51,935 bases of DNA from Monosiga brevicollis MX1. Lineage: Eukaryota. The stretch spans positions 725,617 through 777,551 of the forward strand of contig NW_001865055.1 in NCBI RefSeq assembly GCF_000002865.3. The letters are read 5' to 3'. The notes beneath the pieces are model-generated. The model had not been told where the DNA came from. It saw only the letters and a list, made by a program, of their open reading frames with translations, and ran no database searches. Numbering within the stretch: position 1 is the stretch's first letter; each line of letters begins with the position of its first letter. Below, one piece after another: positions 36,129 to 49,101 of this stretch. The position numbers and the translations under genes are program-made.

Positions 36129-37780
36129 TTTTGTCATTGCATTGCCACGAAGGGTTTGGCGTTGTTTCTTTTTTTTTGTTCATGTCCTTTTTCTTTCGTT
36201 TCACGTGTTGTGGGGTTTTGTGTTGCGTTGGAGGAACCAACCCCGTTTTGGATCGTATGGATGTGTCACATGTCAACCACTTGCGAATGGATACCTGAGC
36301 TGATGAACACGTCAAAATAGAAGAAGAAGAAGAAAAAAAGGCAAAGCCAAGGGCAACAGTTGGCAGCGGGTTGGTCGGTGACATCAATCCTGGTTTTGGC
36401 AGGCGACAGGGCAAACCAGAACAGAGGCGCCACAGTTGTTTGTTGGCGGATGAGGTGGCGCGGAGCGGGGCGAAAACAGAACGACATTTCGAGGACGTTT
36501 TTATGGGGGCCGGGGCGGGGTTGATGGGTCATTTGGTACTTGGGAGCTGGTGGCCTGGTGGAGTGGAGGGCGAGGGTTGTTTTCCCATAGTTGGGGCGGC
36601 CGTCCTTGGAAACAGGGGTTTCAGGCGGTTTATTCAGATTCGGTTCCGAGACTCTCAGTCCCAATGGCAGTGGGAGAACCAGTGCTTCCCACCATGGTCA
36701 CAGGCGCCGTGGGCCACGGCGCAAACAGGGGAACGATGGTCGAGGTGGCAATGGTCTCGGTTGATCCTTCCATAGCTAGATGTAACGGTAGGGTCCCGCC
36801 CCCTTTGGTCTTCAAGGAATTTTTTTTATTTTTTCACTTCAACAACATGGCACTCTGGGCGGGCGCTGGAAGCTTTTTGGGGTAGTGTTGCCTAGGCATC
36901 GCGGCTGTGCAAAACTTCCAGTGACGCCGGTATGACCTTTGGAAGGCTCCTCCTCGCGCATGCAGGCACAGAGTCGCTGTGCGCGTCCTGATCGCCTGGT
37001 GATGTCCGCTCTGGTATCCACGGCATGTGGGGATGGTATCTCTGGTCTAGTGGCTTGGGTGCCGCTTACTCTCTGGGACATTACCGGTTTAACTTGGTTT
37101 AAGTTGTCGGAAAGGCTAGGACGAACACGTCATCTCTGCAAATGTCGCAAACAAAACCACGCTCTCTCAACAACTGATCGTCACCCCCTCTCACGAACAA
37201 ACAAAAAGAGAGAGAGAGCGAGTGGGAGAGAAAAGTTCAGAGGGATGCATTGAGAGCGAGAGCGTTTAAGAGGGATGGCGAGATCCTGTGTGAGTTTGAG
37301 AGGAATATTAAAGGGATTGGTAGAGTTTGAGACGGAAAGCGGGCGTTTGAGAGAGGGAGAGGTTGAGAGGGAGACATTTTGAGAGAGTGAGCGGTACCTG
37401 AGGATCACCAACGAACAAACCAAAGAGTGTCAACGTGTCCATGCGTCGTCTGCCTTGTCATCATCTCTGATTTCCCTATACAAAGTTGATCTCCCTGACG
37501 AGTTTGATTTTGTTGACGCTTTCTCTGGTTGTCTATCTGCTTTTCGTTACTCCTCTGATGAACGAAGGAGTTTTGTCTCCATCTCTGAATATGTTTTCAC
37601 AACGTGCTCTTTCTCCGTTATTGCCTTGATTTTATTGTCATGCCCAAACCCTGGTTTCATCCTTTCTCTTATTTTCCACCACCTTCTGCCTTCCTCTCTC
37701 AAGGCTCAAACCTCCCTCCCCCTATCTCTCCCACCTCCACCCTGACCCTTACCATCTCTCTCGGCACACACCGTGCCACT

Positions 37781-38040
37781 CTCTGTCTCTGTCTCTGTTT
37801 TTTGTCTCTGTCTCTGTCTCTGTCTCTGTCTCTGTCTCTGTCTCTGTCTCTGTCTCTGTCTCTGTCTGTCTCTCTGTCTCTATCTCTGTCTCTCTCTCTG
37901 TCTCTGTCTCTGTCTCTCTGTCTCTCTGTGTCTCTCTGTGTCTCTTGTGTCTCTGTGTCTCTCTAAGTCTCTCTCTCTGTCTGTCTGTCTCTCTGTCTCT
38001 CTCTCTCTCTCTGTCTGTCTGTCTGTCTGTCTCTCTGTCT
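37781..38040. repeat. (TCTCTG)n / (TCTG)n low-complexity satellite
   Basis: Pyrimidine-rich hexamer and tetramer runs. Confidence 0.9.
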
Positions 38041-38251
38041 TGTGGCATTTGCTGCTCTCTCGACTGCGCCGACGGGCCGTGTGCTGTGCTGTGCTGCGCG
38101 GATCCCTGCTGGCTTGTTCTCAGCGCTTCGGGCCACTGCAGCACTGCCATCGCCGTGTATCGGCTCCCCTAGACCCTTGCCTTAGGCCTTGTCGTTGTGG
38201 TCTATTCTACCCCCCCACCTACGCCCGGTCACAACGACGGCTCGACTGTCC

Positions 38252-38422
<171 letters not shown>

Positions 38423-38666
38423 GGCAGTTTCGGTCACTCGCTCGGGCTCGCGCGCGCGCTCTGAAGGCCTCGGCCCGGCGTGCGGCGGCGGGCCATTGTG
38501 CCGTGAGCGGCTTTACCGCTCCACGTCCTTTTCCTCGCGCTCGCCTTGTGCCGCTCCCTCGGTGTCTGGCAGCGCGGCGTCGCCGAGCCCGTCAAGCGGT
38601 CGTCTTGGCCCTTGATTGGGCATTTGTCCTCGAGTGCTCGGATAAGCCTCGACCGTGTGCCCGTTC

Positions 38667-41224
38667 ATGACCAAGACCAACTTTTGGAGGCGCATGGGAC
38701 TCGGTCTCGCGGCTCGCACAAGCAGCCCTGCCGCCGTCGACATTCCCACATCCGTCTCCTCCCTGCCCGCCTCGGCCTCTTCGGCGTCCTCCTCCTCCAT
38801 GAAACATCGGCTCTTTGATTCATCAACGGGGGACCAGCCTCCTCTCTCCCGCCCCTCGCCTCGACGCGCTGACCTTCCTCTCCATCTTGACGGACCATCC
38901 CACCATCGCCACACCTGGTCCACCGCCATCATGCGTAACCCCAACGGCTACATGATAGTCCTGGCCACCCTCCTCCTCACCGTTCTCGGCTTTGTCTTTC
39001 TCTCTGCCCCAAATTCGCTCCTTCGACCCGTCAACCCGACAATCCAAGCCCTCCGCTCCCATGACGAGTATGCCCCCGTCCCCGCGCAGCCTGATTCGAG
39101 CCACACATGACTTTTCCCCTCTCTTCCGCTCAGCCCTCTGTCTGGGTCCGCAGCCAGCTCATCGCCTTGCGATTGTCTTTTTCCTTGATTAGCGTTGTTC
39201 GCAGTGAGCACAATGACCATGATGATCAAGTTGCTGAAGACATGTTCAATGCTCCCGACCTGATTACGCGACCTGTGCTCTACGACCGCATTCCCGACGA
39301 TATCGCCGCCCCGGTCTCTCCAGGTCTGATGTCCAGCTCTGAAGCACCGGCTTGTTGCGCCTCTGCGTGGCATCGCCTCCCAGCTCCTTTGTCGAGCAGA
39401 ACGCCGTTTTTCTCCAACACTCACGTTCATTGCGCCGCATGTGTACTCCTGTGCAGCGGGTCGGCTCTTGATTGGAGTTTTGACCGACCCCTCCTCCCTC
39501 GACACCATCGCCCAGGCCGTCCACGACACGTGGGCTAGTGATATCGAAAGCTCTCGCATCAACGTACGTCCCCGTCTCGCTTTGCTCGCCCTCTTTACTC
39601 AACTTTGCTCTCTGCTCACGTGTCACCTCCACGCGCCTACCCATGCCCACAGGTCATCTTTTTCGTGGGAAGCTGTGCCATCAACATTAGCACCAATTTC
39701 AACGGCCGTCTGGTTTGCCTCAACACTCCCGATACCTATCCCCCGCAGCGCAAGGTGTTCCTCCTCTGGCGCTACATGTATACGCATATGGCCCACCGGT
39801 ATCAGTGGTTCATGAAGCTGGATCACGACGCCTACATCAACGTGGACCGTATGAGTGCAATGGTCGCCCTCATCAGCACCGACCTGGACCTGGCCAGTCA
39901 CGCTACCTACATGGGCGTACCGGCTGCCGGTCGCAAGGAAGAACGCCAACAGCTTGGTCTTGACGGCCACAAATACTGCCTAGGCCTTGGCTACATTGTC
40001 AACGCCCCCATCTTGGAGACGCTCACCCGCTACGGCGATGACTGCCTGGCCGACGTGCGCTCCAATCACTCGGACACCGAGATTGGCCGCTGCATCTTTG
40101 GTCACATGCCGGGAACCGAATGTCAGGACCTCCCCTCCAGCTTCCAATTCAAGCAGGTCTACTACCAGCAAGATGACACCAAGGTTTATCCCATGAAGCT
40201 CTTCAAGAGCGGGCAAATGCGCCTCGAGTTTTTCCAGCAGCCCAAGGCCGTGCATTTCAGCTCGGTCGTCGTCCACCCCCTGAAGCGCGCGGAGGACTTT
40301 GTGCGCTTTCATCACCAGCAGCGCACCTATCTGCGCCCCGTACAGCCACCCATCAACTCCCATGACTCTGATCCGGCCTCGTATCGCTCTGCCATCGGTG
40401 AACTTCGTGCCACCTGCGTGCACAACGCAGTCCTTCAAAAACAACTCTACCGCTATCGCCTCGCCGAGTGCCCTGCCGTGGTGGCGGACGTGCCGGCCAG
40501 TGAGCTACTGCCCCCCTCACGGGCCTTTGTGCTCACGGCCGATCCTTCCCAATCCCGGTATCAGGACCTGGTCATGAGCCTCAAGGACCACGGCATCACG
40601 GCCGAGCCCGTGCACCTCACCGGCAACGCCGCTGCCTACAACCGTGCCCTGGCCAACCTCTTTGCTCAAGCGCGCATGCGGGGAGACCAGCACGTGCTTG
40701 TCCTCGAAGATTCGGTCCTCCTGCGTTGTGACTTTCGCAAGCACCTCACGGCTCTGCTCCGGAGCCGCCGCTGCGGCCAGCATCTGTTTACCGCGGAGCG
40801 TGGTGGTGTCCTGGTCCTGGGTGCCGACCCCGTCAGCATGGACGAGCTTGCGCTCATTGAGGCTGATCAAAAAGACGCGTACGCTGTCAAGGACAGCACG
40901 GCAAACGATGCCATGTGCTACAACGTCTTGAGCGGAACCAAGGGAGCGTTTGGTGCCATCTATCACCGCGCCACCTTTGACGAAGTGGTTGCCAATCTGC
41001 AGCGTTTCCACGATCAGTCCTCCTCGGCCGCTCCTCTCGAGGGCATGTATCAGCATCTCTCTGCGCAAGGGTTTGTCGTCCGCGCCGCCTTTCCCAACGC
41101 TCTGTTGCGGGAAGCCACGCTCGTCGATCTGGACGATCGTGAGATCCGCGTTCGCATGCGCTGGACCGAGGGAGACTTTTGTTTGCACAAAGGCGAGGTT
41201 TATCAGCCGGACCTGTCACGCTGA
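38667..41224 (+). CDS. Type II membrane glycosyltransferase: chondroitin-synthase-like (GT31/Fringe-like) domain plus a second GT-A-like domain; multi-exon
   Basis: TM anchor MIVLATLLLTVLGFVFLSA; LLIGVLT...AVHDTWA. DTYPPQRKVFLLWRYMY..YQWFMKLDHDAYI and HSDTEIGRCI resemble the CHSY N-terminal domain. C-terminal HVLVLEDSV and GAFGAIY resemble GT25-like motifs. Start codon uncertain (38667, 38694 or 38799). Confidence 0.75.
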
Positions 41225-42134
41225 TGCAGCAAGTCATGCGCTGTCCATTGAGGTGTGCTCAGAATTCCAGCCATCTCTTTCCGCATCCTTTCCCTCTGGG
41301 CCCCTTGCACCAAGGGTGACAGCTTCTGTCACCTCGTCCCGATGACTGACTGCAGTTCTGCCTCTCAAGCGGTGCCGATGTCGATATGAAAGGATGTTGC
41401 CATATTTGGCGTGGCCTCACTGGCAAGGCTCTGCTCTTGGAGTAGCCGTGCCGTTTTCTTGCTGTGCAGGAGTTTTTTTCTTTTTTTGATGGCTGGCGAG
41501 CTTGTGATGTGTGCGTTGATGTTGTTGCCCCGGTATGAAGCGGTCTTGAGGAGGCTGCTTGAACAAGAGTTTGGCCGGGCCATAGGACGTGTTCTCTGTG
41601 TAGGCCCTATTAGGCGATTGTATGAAAGGCCGAGTGTGGCTGGCTGTCTAGAGCCTGCGTGTGTGTGCGTGTTGTTTCCCGGCATGTGAATGTGTGGGCG
41701 CAAGTGCGTGCGTGTATACCTTCTCTGTATTGGTAGGACAGTCAGCGAACTTGAGCTCCTCAAGGCTGGCTCCTGCCCCAGACCGACTTGAACCGAAAGA
41801 GAAATTGAAACATGACATGACGTTTTCCTTGCGGCCGTCTTTCAGATGTGTACTTTCTTGGTCCGGCTTACATAAACAGCGCACGTCCTTGAAAAGGTAG
41901 GAGCGCGATCAGAAGGTCCGAAGAGCTCATTGCCGTAATTACACGATTTGCATCACTTTGTCAGTTTCTCAGCGCATGTCGGCATGGGTCCAGAGAGGTG
42001 CACATCCAGGCACAGCATGAAAACAATGAAAATAAAGGGGGAAAAAAAAAAAAAAAACCAAAATCAATTGCCATGTGGGCCGCTCAGCGGCGTGGGTCGT
42101 GGACACTTGCATTCTCTGGCACTTTGGTTCAAGC

Positions 42135-45000
42135 TTAGGCCTCAGACGACGTAGTGAGAACGGCTGCTACCTGCGAGCGCGCAAGCTCGGCCACCGCGTG
42201 CGCTTCTCCTCGCGATTCAAGATAGACCCGGCATGTGGAGATGGCCCCAGCGATATCACGCTGCTTTTCCTTCAGGCACGTTCGCAGCGCTGTACAGGCC
42301 TCCCAAATGCGCGGGTCAACTGGCACTGAAGCTGGAGCGCTCATGGGGGCGTGATCTGGAGCTGGAGCCAGGCTTTTGGTCACCGGAGGGGCCTCACGAA
42401 TCTTTTGGGCGGGGACAGAAGTGCTTGGGGCTTGAGGTCGAGGTTGAGGCTGAAGCTCGCGCTTGAGCTCAGTTTGCTTGGCAATAGCTGGCACCGGGGG
42501 CGACGGCGGCTGGGCAGCCAGGGTAGGAATTGGTGGAGACCAAGGCCGAGGGGGCGAAGCCTGGGTGAGGACAACATCTGCCTCATCATCGTCGAGCCTG
42601 CTCAGCTCGGCTCCCGAGCCAACGGTGGTGGGAGGAGATGGTCCTCGCTCTTGGGCCACCAGGGTGTGGTTGGCGCGGCGGGCATGGCGGCGGGAGTGTG
42701 GAGGTGTGGCTGGAGGTTGCGGCTGAGGAAAGGCTTCAGTCGGCTGCTGAGACGAAGGCCGCGACGCTTGACGACGGCGCTGCTCCTCGGCCTCACGTTC
42801 AGCCTGTTGGTGACGCTGCACCTCGGCCTCGAGTTCCGCTTGCTGACGGCGTTGTTCCTCAGCCTCACGTTCAGCCTGCGCTTGTGCTTGGCGGAGGCGA
42901 CGCGCTTCCTCGCGTTCTTCGTCAGCGCGTCTCCGCGATTCAGCGATGGCAGCTTCCATGGCCCGGGCCTGTTCCTCCTTGGCCCGCTCCTTGTCAGCGG
43001 CTGCGCGCTGCTCGGCTTCGTACCGTTGCTGCAGAGCAGCTTGTTCCCGAGCCAGTCGCTCGTTTTCCTCGCGCTCAAGGCGAGCGGCATTTTCACGCTC
43101 TTGTCGCTTGGCTTCCTCTTTGGCTTCAATTTGGCGCCGGATATCAGCTTGATGCTGCATCAGAGCCTGTTTGCGTCGCTCCTGCTCAAATTGTTTGGCA
43201 TCTTGGTCGGCATTGGCGGCCATGGACATCATTCCAGCCTTGCTAAGTGCGGCAATATCCACATGTGCCGGGCCACCCACCGCGCCGCGGGATCCGTGAC
43301 GGGTGAGGGCTGGGGGTCCAGCCGCGGGGCCATGCGACTGGTAGTGCTGATGCGTCCCGTGTGAGGGCGGGCTTTGGGGCTGTGGCGGGTGCGAGGAGCT
43401 CGCATATGGGTTGTGTTGATGGGCGGGGTTGTCGAAGGGATGAGAAGCCTGAGGGTAGCCTTGAGGACCCGACTGCTGGTGATAGGCGGGTGCATGCGCG
43501 CCGTTCATGGCGTGCACGCTGCCGTGGTCATCGGGCATGGAGATGGATCGGCGACTGGGGATGGCACCCCAGGCCTCGTCGAGCGGGTTGCCACCGCGTT
43601 GAAAGTGGCCGGATCGTTGCAAATCCGACCGTTCCTGTTCCAGTTTTCGCTGCTTGTCAGCAATTTGCTGGGCGAGATCGGCACGAAGCTGCTCTTGCTT
43701 GGCTCGGCGGGCTTGTTGGGCATCGCTATCGACCACTGTTATGCGTTGTTGGGGAGCATGGGCTGCTGGTGGGGCGCCATGTCGGCGAATGGGGCTGGTG
43801 GCATCGGCCGCCGGAACGTTGGCATCGCGCAGCCAAGGGGGAAGGTGACTTTCGGATAGGCCCTGCTGCGGGGGATGGGCGTGGGAGGTTGCAATGGAAG
43901 GTAGAGGCACGCGCTCCTCGGAGCGCATGGACATGGCGGATTGGGGGCGAGAGCCAGTGTGGTGCACACTGCCAACGTGATGGGGTGGGCGGGTTCGAGC
44001 AGCGGGGGAGGGGTATTGCTGCACGTGGCGTGGGGGAGGTGATCCATAGGATGCGCCCATGGGTCCGCTGGTGTCGGGGCGAAACGGGGCCTGCGGTGCC
44101 TGGGCATGACTCGTGGCATAGGGCAGATCTGATGGGGGCCCGTGGTCCTGCTGAGCCATGAGTGCTGCATATTGGGCACGAAGGGCTTCTATTTGTTGCT
44201 GCCGGGCCTGTTGGGCGTGAATTATTTCGGCGTCAAGACCGGGGGGTGCGCTGCCATCCGTGTATGGTAGTTGCGCCTCCTCTTGGGCACGGGGATCGGC
44301 ATGACGCGGCAGGGGGCGGGCGCGTCGGTCCTCTGACACCTGGATTGAAATTAAGAGGGAATAGGGAAGAAGGGAGGAGGCAACGGACAAAGCGGAGGGA
44401 GAAGGGAAGCCCAGAAAAAGGAATGAGCTGGGCACAATCCTGGTTTGTCCAAGTGCAGGCGAACGTCGAGGCAACGGAGGGCGGGCCAACAACCCGATCA
44501 AGAAAAAGGAACAGGCAGAGAGGGAGAAAAGGGGCAATAAGCTTTGGCTGGGAGATGGCGAACCTGTTGCAAAAGACCGGAGAGGACATTGGGGCCATCG
44601 GTCTGGGACGGCGAAGCACGGGCGGGGGTGGGGCCCGACTTGTGCGCCGGTGCAGGGTCTTGGCCATGGCTGGGTGGGATGCAGAGGAATGCGCGTTAGG
44701 ATTCGTCTTTTAGGGCGGGGGCCAGCCAGCACGGGGGTGAGGGATAGGAGCCGGGTCGAAGCAGGTTGGCGAACCGGGATTGTTGAGCAGCTTGTCGCTG
44801 GCGTTGAGCGGGGCGCGACTTTGTGCTAGCTTTTGTGTTTCTAAAGGGGAGCCAAGGTCGGGGTGCGAGAGAGTCAAGGGGTGAGGCGGGGGGACAATCA
44901 AGCAGGTGCATTTCAAAACGGAGAGGGGAGGCAAGCCTACTTGGCTCCCGTCAGGGCAAGGACGGACTGCGAAGTATTGTTGGCACGCCTCCGATTGCGC
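42135..45000 (-). CDS. CCDC66/CSPP1-like coiled-coil centrosomal/ciliary protein; 5' end probably in or beyond the N gap
   Basis: Large exon of about 42135-44339 containing AKQEQLRADLAQQIADKQRK and ERRKQALMQHQADIRRQIEAKEEAKRQERE..EENERLAREQAALQQRYEAEQ, which resembles the CCDC66 domain. Small upstream exons with in-phase GT-AG junctions extend to about 45000. Confidence 0.6.
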
Positions 45001-45060
45001 CTGGTGGGAACGAGTCAGAGAAGGAGGGAGGGAGGGTGAGGTGCGGAGAGAGAAGCCACG

Positions 45061-45110
45061 NNNNNNNNNNNNNNNNNNNNNNNNNNNNNNNNNNNNNNNN
45101 NNNNNNNNNN
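45061..45110. other. Assembly gap (50 N)
   Basis: Run of n. Confidence 1.
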
Positions 45111-45276
45111 GCTCAGAGGGAGGAGAAGGAGAGCTCAGAGGGAGGAGGAGGAGCTCTCAGAGGGAGGAAGACGAGCTCTCAGAGGGAGGAAGAGGAGCTC
45201 AGAGGGAGGAGAAGGAGAGCTCTCAGAGGGAGAGGGAGGAGGAGGGAGCTCAGAGGGAGGAGGAGGAGGAGGAGAG
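45111..45276. repeat. Purine-rich minisatellite (GAGCTC(TC)AGAGGGAGGAG...) flanking the gap
   Basis: Repeated gagctcagagggagg units with variable GGA tails. Confidence 0.85.
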
Positions 45277-45341
45277 TGCGCCGATCTCTCTCTCTCTCTG
45301 ATTTTTTTTTTTTCGAATTTTTTGTGTGTTTGTTGACAGTG

Positions 45342-45372
<31 letters not shown>

Positions 45373-46069
45373 GGCTTTTTGACTTTGGGCTTTGTGGTTT
45401 GGGAGGTAAAAGAGGAAGACGTTGCTGTTAATGTAGATGGGTGTACGAGTTATTGAAGCTACATTACGAGTTTGTGAATAAAACGAAGAAGATAGTAATG
45501 TATAGAAGATAGGTTCTTGAAGATGTATTTGAGGTTAGAGAAGTAGTTGGTAATGGTTAAATACGCATCAGGTTGTTGTTTCTGTGTTTGTAAGGACTGC
45601 CTTGGTTGACTGTCAAGACAACTACTGTTTGTGCCACCAGTTCTTCCACATATTAAATGTCAGATGTTTTATTTGTCAGATTTATTCAAGCGGTGTGCGC
45701 GCCCCCACACACGCACACACACTCTGCCACACGGATGCAAAGGGATTTCCATACCCATAGTAACGGGTTCAAGGTAAATAACCCTTCGGATGGCCACACT
45801 TGTGAAGTGGGTTCATCACACGCAGTAAACGGCATTGCCACACACACTGCTTTTGCTATTTTTGCTCACTTTAACCTCTCCGTCCCTCTCTGTTGCTCTT
45901 TCCGTTTCTGCCTCTGTCTCTTTTGCCTCCTTTCGTCTCTGACTTGTTAGTCTTTTCAACGAAAAAATTGCCCCTGTATCTCTTGCTGTTTCCCCTGTCT
46001 CTTTCCGCCAGCCCTCTCTCTGCATTTTTTCCTCTCTCCCTCTCTCTCTCTGTCTCTCTCTCTCTCAAA

Positions 46070-48352
46070 ATGGCGGCGATGCGGTCAGTGGTGACGGCGG
46101 CGGCGGCGACGGGACGCCGGATCGGCGCTCGCATGGGATGGCGCGCGTATGGAGTGGAACAGGGCTCTAGGCGGAGTGCATTGGATGTTGTGGCCAAGCA
46201 GCTCGAGGAGATTGAGGCCGCTGGAACCTGGAAGACGGAGCGTGTCATTACCTCCACACAGGCCGCTTCCATTAACGTGGCCAACCGCTCAGAGCCCGTG
46301 AGTGACCCGCCCCCACCCGGCCGTGCCGGCCCATGCAACTTCACGGGGTTGTAGTTCTGGTACAAGGCCACGCGCTGCCCAAGGCAACCTCAGACGCGCT
46401 CCTGAATCTTTGCGCTATTAGGTCCTCAACTTTTGTGCCAACAACTACCTTGGCCTGGCCAGTACGTGCCTGGCCTGGTCGTCCTCTTTGCCGGGGCTTC
46501 ATCGATGAGTCCAGCTCCCGCGCCGCCTCATTCCGTCTCGTTCATGCACTGCACCTGGACACAGATAACCCAGAGGTCATTGCCGCTGGCAAGGCTGCCA
46601 TGGACACCCACGGCAACGGTCTGGCCTCGGTCCGCTTCATCTGCGGCACACAGGACATTCACAAGAACCTCGAGGGTCTCGTTGCTGAATTCCATGAAAT
46701 GGAGGTCTGAATCCGCTCTCTTCTTCAATTCTCGCCCGTGTCCTCGTGCGCTCGTGCCCTTGTACTCGTGCTTCTTTCCACCCTCATCCCCGTCTCCAAA
46801 CTCCGTTTCATGGCCAGGATACCATCCTATACGCCTCCTGCTTTGATGCCAACGCGGCCATCTTCGAGACCCTCTTGTCCCCAGAGGACGCCGTTTTCTC
46901 CGATGAGCTCAACCATGCATCCATCATCGACGGCATTCGCCTCTGTACGCTCGCGCCTTGAAGCGGGCCCCATCTTCCTGCTCCACCCAGTCGATGGTCG
47001 ATGCACCATTGCATCGTCTCACGCGCGCTGTTCTCCCTCCTGACTCCAGGCAAGGCACAAAAGGCCCGTTTCCGCCACCGTGACATGGGCCATCTGCGTG
47101 AGCAACTCCAGGAAAAGAAGGATGCTCGCATCAAGCTCATTGGTAGGTCTTCTTCTTTTTAACCAGCCTTTTTTTTTTTTTTTGGTCTCCACAACTGTGC
47201 CAACGAACTTGGCTGCTTCCTTGCTTTCTCTTTTTACACCTTTTTTTTTCGCCCTGCGCTTCGGGGCCTGTGTTTGTGCTCACGCTTGGACACCATGCAG
47301 TGACAGACGGTGTCTTTTCGATGGACGGAAACATTGCCCCCCTATGTGAGATTTGCGACCTGGCCGACGAGTTTGACGCCCTCGTCATGATTGATGAATG
47401 CCACGCAACCGGCTTCCTCGGCCAGGTGGGTATCCATACTCCACATGGTCATGCCAACACCCCATCTTGCAGGGTCCTATCACTTTGGCACCCCCCATGT
47501 GTCTCAACCTCCTCTCCTGCTTTGCACACCGCCATGGCATCATCATGACCCTCCAGCGCGGTCGCGGTACGGATGAGCTACTGGGCGTCAAGGGTCGCGT
47601 AGACATTATCAACTCTACCATGGGCAAGGCGCTGGGCGGTGCCATGGGTGGCTACACGACCGGCCCCAAGGAAGTGGTTGCTCTGCTGCGCCAAAAGGCT
47701 CGCCCATACCTCTTCAGCAACACCCTGCCACCGGCCGTGGTGGGCGCCACCACCAAGGTCTTTGAGCTCCTCATGAGCAACTCGGATCTGGTTGAAAAGG
47801 TAATCGCTGCGCTTTTGCCGCTGATCTTATTATCCTTTGGCCAAGGCCGTCCCAAGCCGGCACGGACACGATGGCGGCTCTCGCAACGCGACTCGTGTGT
47901 CTTCCACGCACGCTCACGCATGTTCACACCCCGTAACCGACAGGTGCAAGCCAACACCCAACGCTTCCGAAAGGGCATGGAGGCGGCTGGATTCGTGGTG
48001 GGCGGTGATCCCGAGCACCCCATCTGCCCCATCATGTTGGGGGATGCGCGCCTTGCCTCGCAGTTTGCCGATGAAATGCTCAAGGAGAACATTTACGTTA
48101 TTGGCTTTTCCTTCCCGGTACGTGCGGCCGGAACTTTTGGCTGCATGGATGCACCCACCTCTGCTGACTTGTGTGCCTTGATGTTCATTTGCACAATGCG
48201 ACAATGGATAGGTGGTGCCCAAGGGCAAGGCCCGCATTCGTACCCAGATTTCTGCGGCCCACAGCGAAGCAGATATCGACCGGGCCATCCAGGCGTTCCG
48301 GGCTGTCGCCGACCGGCTCAACTTTGACCCGGCCAACGTGAAGCTGGACTAA
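46070..48352 (+). CDS. GCAT: 2-amino-3-ketobutyrate CoA ligase (glycine C-acetyltransferase), mitochondrial; multi-exon
   Basis: Arg/Ala-rich presequence; [79 protein letters not shown] lysine in [36 protein letters not shown]. Confidence 0.95.
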
Positions 48353-49101
48353 TTCTTCTTCATTTTAAATTCGGCCTTTTCAACAATTGACATGTGAGGC
48401 TTGCGGTTTTTTTTTCAAGTTTATGGCTTCAGCCTGCTCTTCTCTTTGAGTCAAGAAGATCAAGACGAAGCAAACCAAATGTCAACGAAGCCTGGAAGCC
48501 AGCAGCGCGAGGGTGGGCCATGGATAGAATGGTGTCAATTTCTCGGGAGAACAAACCAAAAAAGCTCACATAGACAGCACTGCTAAAATTCAAGGCTAGA
48601 TGCAGCAGGCCGTCTAGGGTCGGGGGGATGATAACTAAGAAAAAAAAAAGTTTGTGGATGAATAAAATAAGCGCCCATGACAAGTCGCCGCTGTTGCACC
48701 GTGCGACAGCGTGCATGCCCAACAATAAGGTCCGAAAAGAAAGTCAGTAGCATGAAACCAACTGGGTGGGAAACAGGCAGGCCGGCGTGTGCGCGAAAGC
48801 AACACCAAGCTTCAAGGTAAAAAGCCAGGCAGACACGGGCATAAAGTTGAAAGGAGATAGATATCATGCAAAATGGAAAGCAAAACTCAACAAACGGAAA
48901 CTAAAGCCTTAAAAATGGTTCGAGATCGATCCAGAACGAGGAAACAAGGAAACGCATTGAAGGAAAAAAAAGGGGGGGAGACACTCACGCACTCACACCC
49001 ACACGAAAACAAAAATCAGAAGCCCAAAACAAGTGCATAAAATAAAGTGTTCTGAGTGAGGCAAGGCACAGATCAGACTCAATAGATCGGGTGCCCATCA
49101 A

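Noticed and set aside
36704..36722. Perfect hairpin GCGCCGTGG-G-CCACGGCGC, a possible ncRNA
   Set aside because: Single short GC-rich stem with no recognisable tRNA, snRNA or 5S features around it.
36266..37253. Short ORFs downstream of SMC1
   Set aside because: No recognisable homology and no consistent splice model.
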